Assembly: GCA_964016885.1 (NCBI GenBank)
Contig: OZ024740.1
Location: 134,230,001-134,294,000, forward strand
Source: Eledone cirrhosa
Lineage: Eukaryota
Direction of reading: 5' to 3'
Length of the DNA: 64,000 bases
The translations under genes were made by a program, and so were the position numbers. This document shows positions 62,201 to 64,000 of the stretch, in pieces; the stretch's first letter is position 1, and every line of letters begins with the position of its first letter. Under the pieces are notes generated by a model that searched no databases, had not been told where the DNA came from, and saw only the letters and a program-made list of their open reading frames with translations.

Positions 62201-63027
62201 AAGGTACCACCTACTATTTCAGAAATATGATCAAATTGCTTAGTTGCAATTTATCAGTCACACCTATTTTACCGACACAGTGTATTTAAATCGATTTCTT
62301 CTGAAATTTTAATGAATTAAGAGAGACGAACATAGTATCTATAAAGCATGTAGTTCGGTGCTCTAAAGTTGCTGGCAATTCAACGCCCTCATTCTAAATT
62401 CTAATGAAAAATATCTTCAGGACAAGCAGAAAATTTTAAGACGGAATGATTACAAAGAAGCAGCTAAAATAAATACAAACCTCAAATTGTTGCTTGCTAC
62501 ATTCTGATCAAAATTATAAAATCGATGATGACAGTCTAAGAAAGAAAATAGTTCGGCCATTCTCTTTTTATTTATAGTTATTTTATTATATTTCGTTTCT
62601 GCCTTGTCTGTTTGTTGTTTGTTTATTCTTTTTATTTTTGCTAACAAAAGATAAAAATTAAACTGGCAAAGATTCATTTTGGTTCGTTAAAGGAAAAAGT
62701 GTGTCAGCCTGTTACTCGCAATATATATGATTTGCCTACATTAAATTTAACATCTCAATTGATGCAACAATAATAACAGTTTACTATGTTGCAGACATAG
62801 CTTGTTAATACCTAATATTACGTTCCCGATGAAACCTACGTTAGAAATGGTATTAATTAAGCAAAAGCAAATGTTAAAAAACGAGCATCAGTATACGAAA
62901 AAAACCCATATAAAATCAATGTTTTCCTAAATGATATTACTGAGTACAAAATAGTCTCTATATGTGTAGTATGTATTAATGTGTTTATGCTTCTTTGTGT
63001 ATATATATATATATATATATTTGTGTG

Positions 63028-63082
<55 letters not shown>

Positions 63083-63545
63083 ATATATACATATATATAT
63101 ATATGTGTGTGTTTGTGTGTGTTTGTGTGTACACGTACGTACGTGTGCGTGTGCATGCGTGTGCGTGTCAATTGGTGGATAAATTAAAAAGCAGAATGTT
63201 AAAAGAAAAACGATAACAACTTCCCAACTTACCTGATTGAATGCAAAATAACGTGTATTGCTGTATACACCCATGTTTATTCTATTTCTGTGAGAGCAGG
63301 TGTGTAAAATAAAAACAAACTGTATATGCGCGTACGGGAATGTGAGATTGCGTGTATATGTGTGTGGTGGTAGGGTGTTTATGGCGGACAATATGGCTTC
63401 AGAAATGACAGAATCCATTACAATAAAGGAAATTGTCTTTTTTTAGTGATTATAGTAAATAATTCCATTTGTTAATTGCTGTTTACTATAAATAGTTTGT
63501 TACTATGAAGTCGGACAGCCAGTTGAACGAAGGGAGTGACAGACG

Positions 63546-63683
<138 letters not shown>

Positions 63684-63733
63684 TATATGCAGGTAGGTAA
63701 ATAGGTAGGAATGTAGGTATATATATATATACA

Positions 63734-63800
<67 letters not shown>

Positions 63801-63884
63801 CACACACAGAGATTGGTATACAGATAGGTACATAGGTAGGCAAGTAGGAAAATAGGTAGCTATAAAAATAGATAGATATATAGA

Positions 63885-64000
63885 TATATTTCTTTATTTA
63901 CCATAAAGGCATAAAAAGAAGGGACAAATACAAAGGGGGAGTTTACATAAAACCGAGTAAAAAGGGTATAAAATGAAAATAATCGAAAACAACCTCAAAA
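63885..64000 (-). mobile_element. 3' end of a Tx1 subfamily-b copy, continuing beyond the window
   Basis: Reverse complement tgtaaactccccctttgtatttgtcccttctttttatgcctttatggtaaataaagaaat matches 15789-15850; followed by a (TCTA)-rich tract. Confidence 0.8.

Noticed and set aside
62820-62860. Hammerhead-like ccgatga-aac ctac gtt-agaaa
   Set aside because: Non-canonical core, no convincing stem I and no supporting element context.

Overview
Eukaryotic, AT-rich, microsatellite-saturated non-genic DNA. The repeat families (tRNA-derived Meta/CORE-type SINEs, RTE, Dong/R4, Tx1, Penelope-like elements) look molluscan, most like an octopod cephalopod; that is inference from repeat content only. No host protein-coding gene can be supported, and most short ORFs in the track are translations of (TA)n, (TG)n, (CT)n or (CATA)n arrays. 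Main contents: (1) a 13.5-kb head-to-tail array of three Tx1-clade LINEs (46325-59860) joined through (TTA)n tails, the last copy being full length with an intact 1136-aa APE-RT-Zn ORF2; (2) a 1190-codon minus-strand ORF (41913-38341) fusing a Tx1 RT in frame to a Naiad-like Penelope RT C-half plus GIY-YIG endonuclease; (3) eleven hammerhead-ribozyme motifs, mostly in (TA)n-anchored fold-back Penelope-type termini, including a U3-A8 core variant and a 315-nt retrozyme-like unit; (4) a TIR-complete DD35D pogo/Passer-like transposon; (5) CRE, RTE, Dong/R4 and SINE fragments. All alignments and RNA folds were made by eye, and edges of degenerate elements are approximate.
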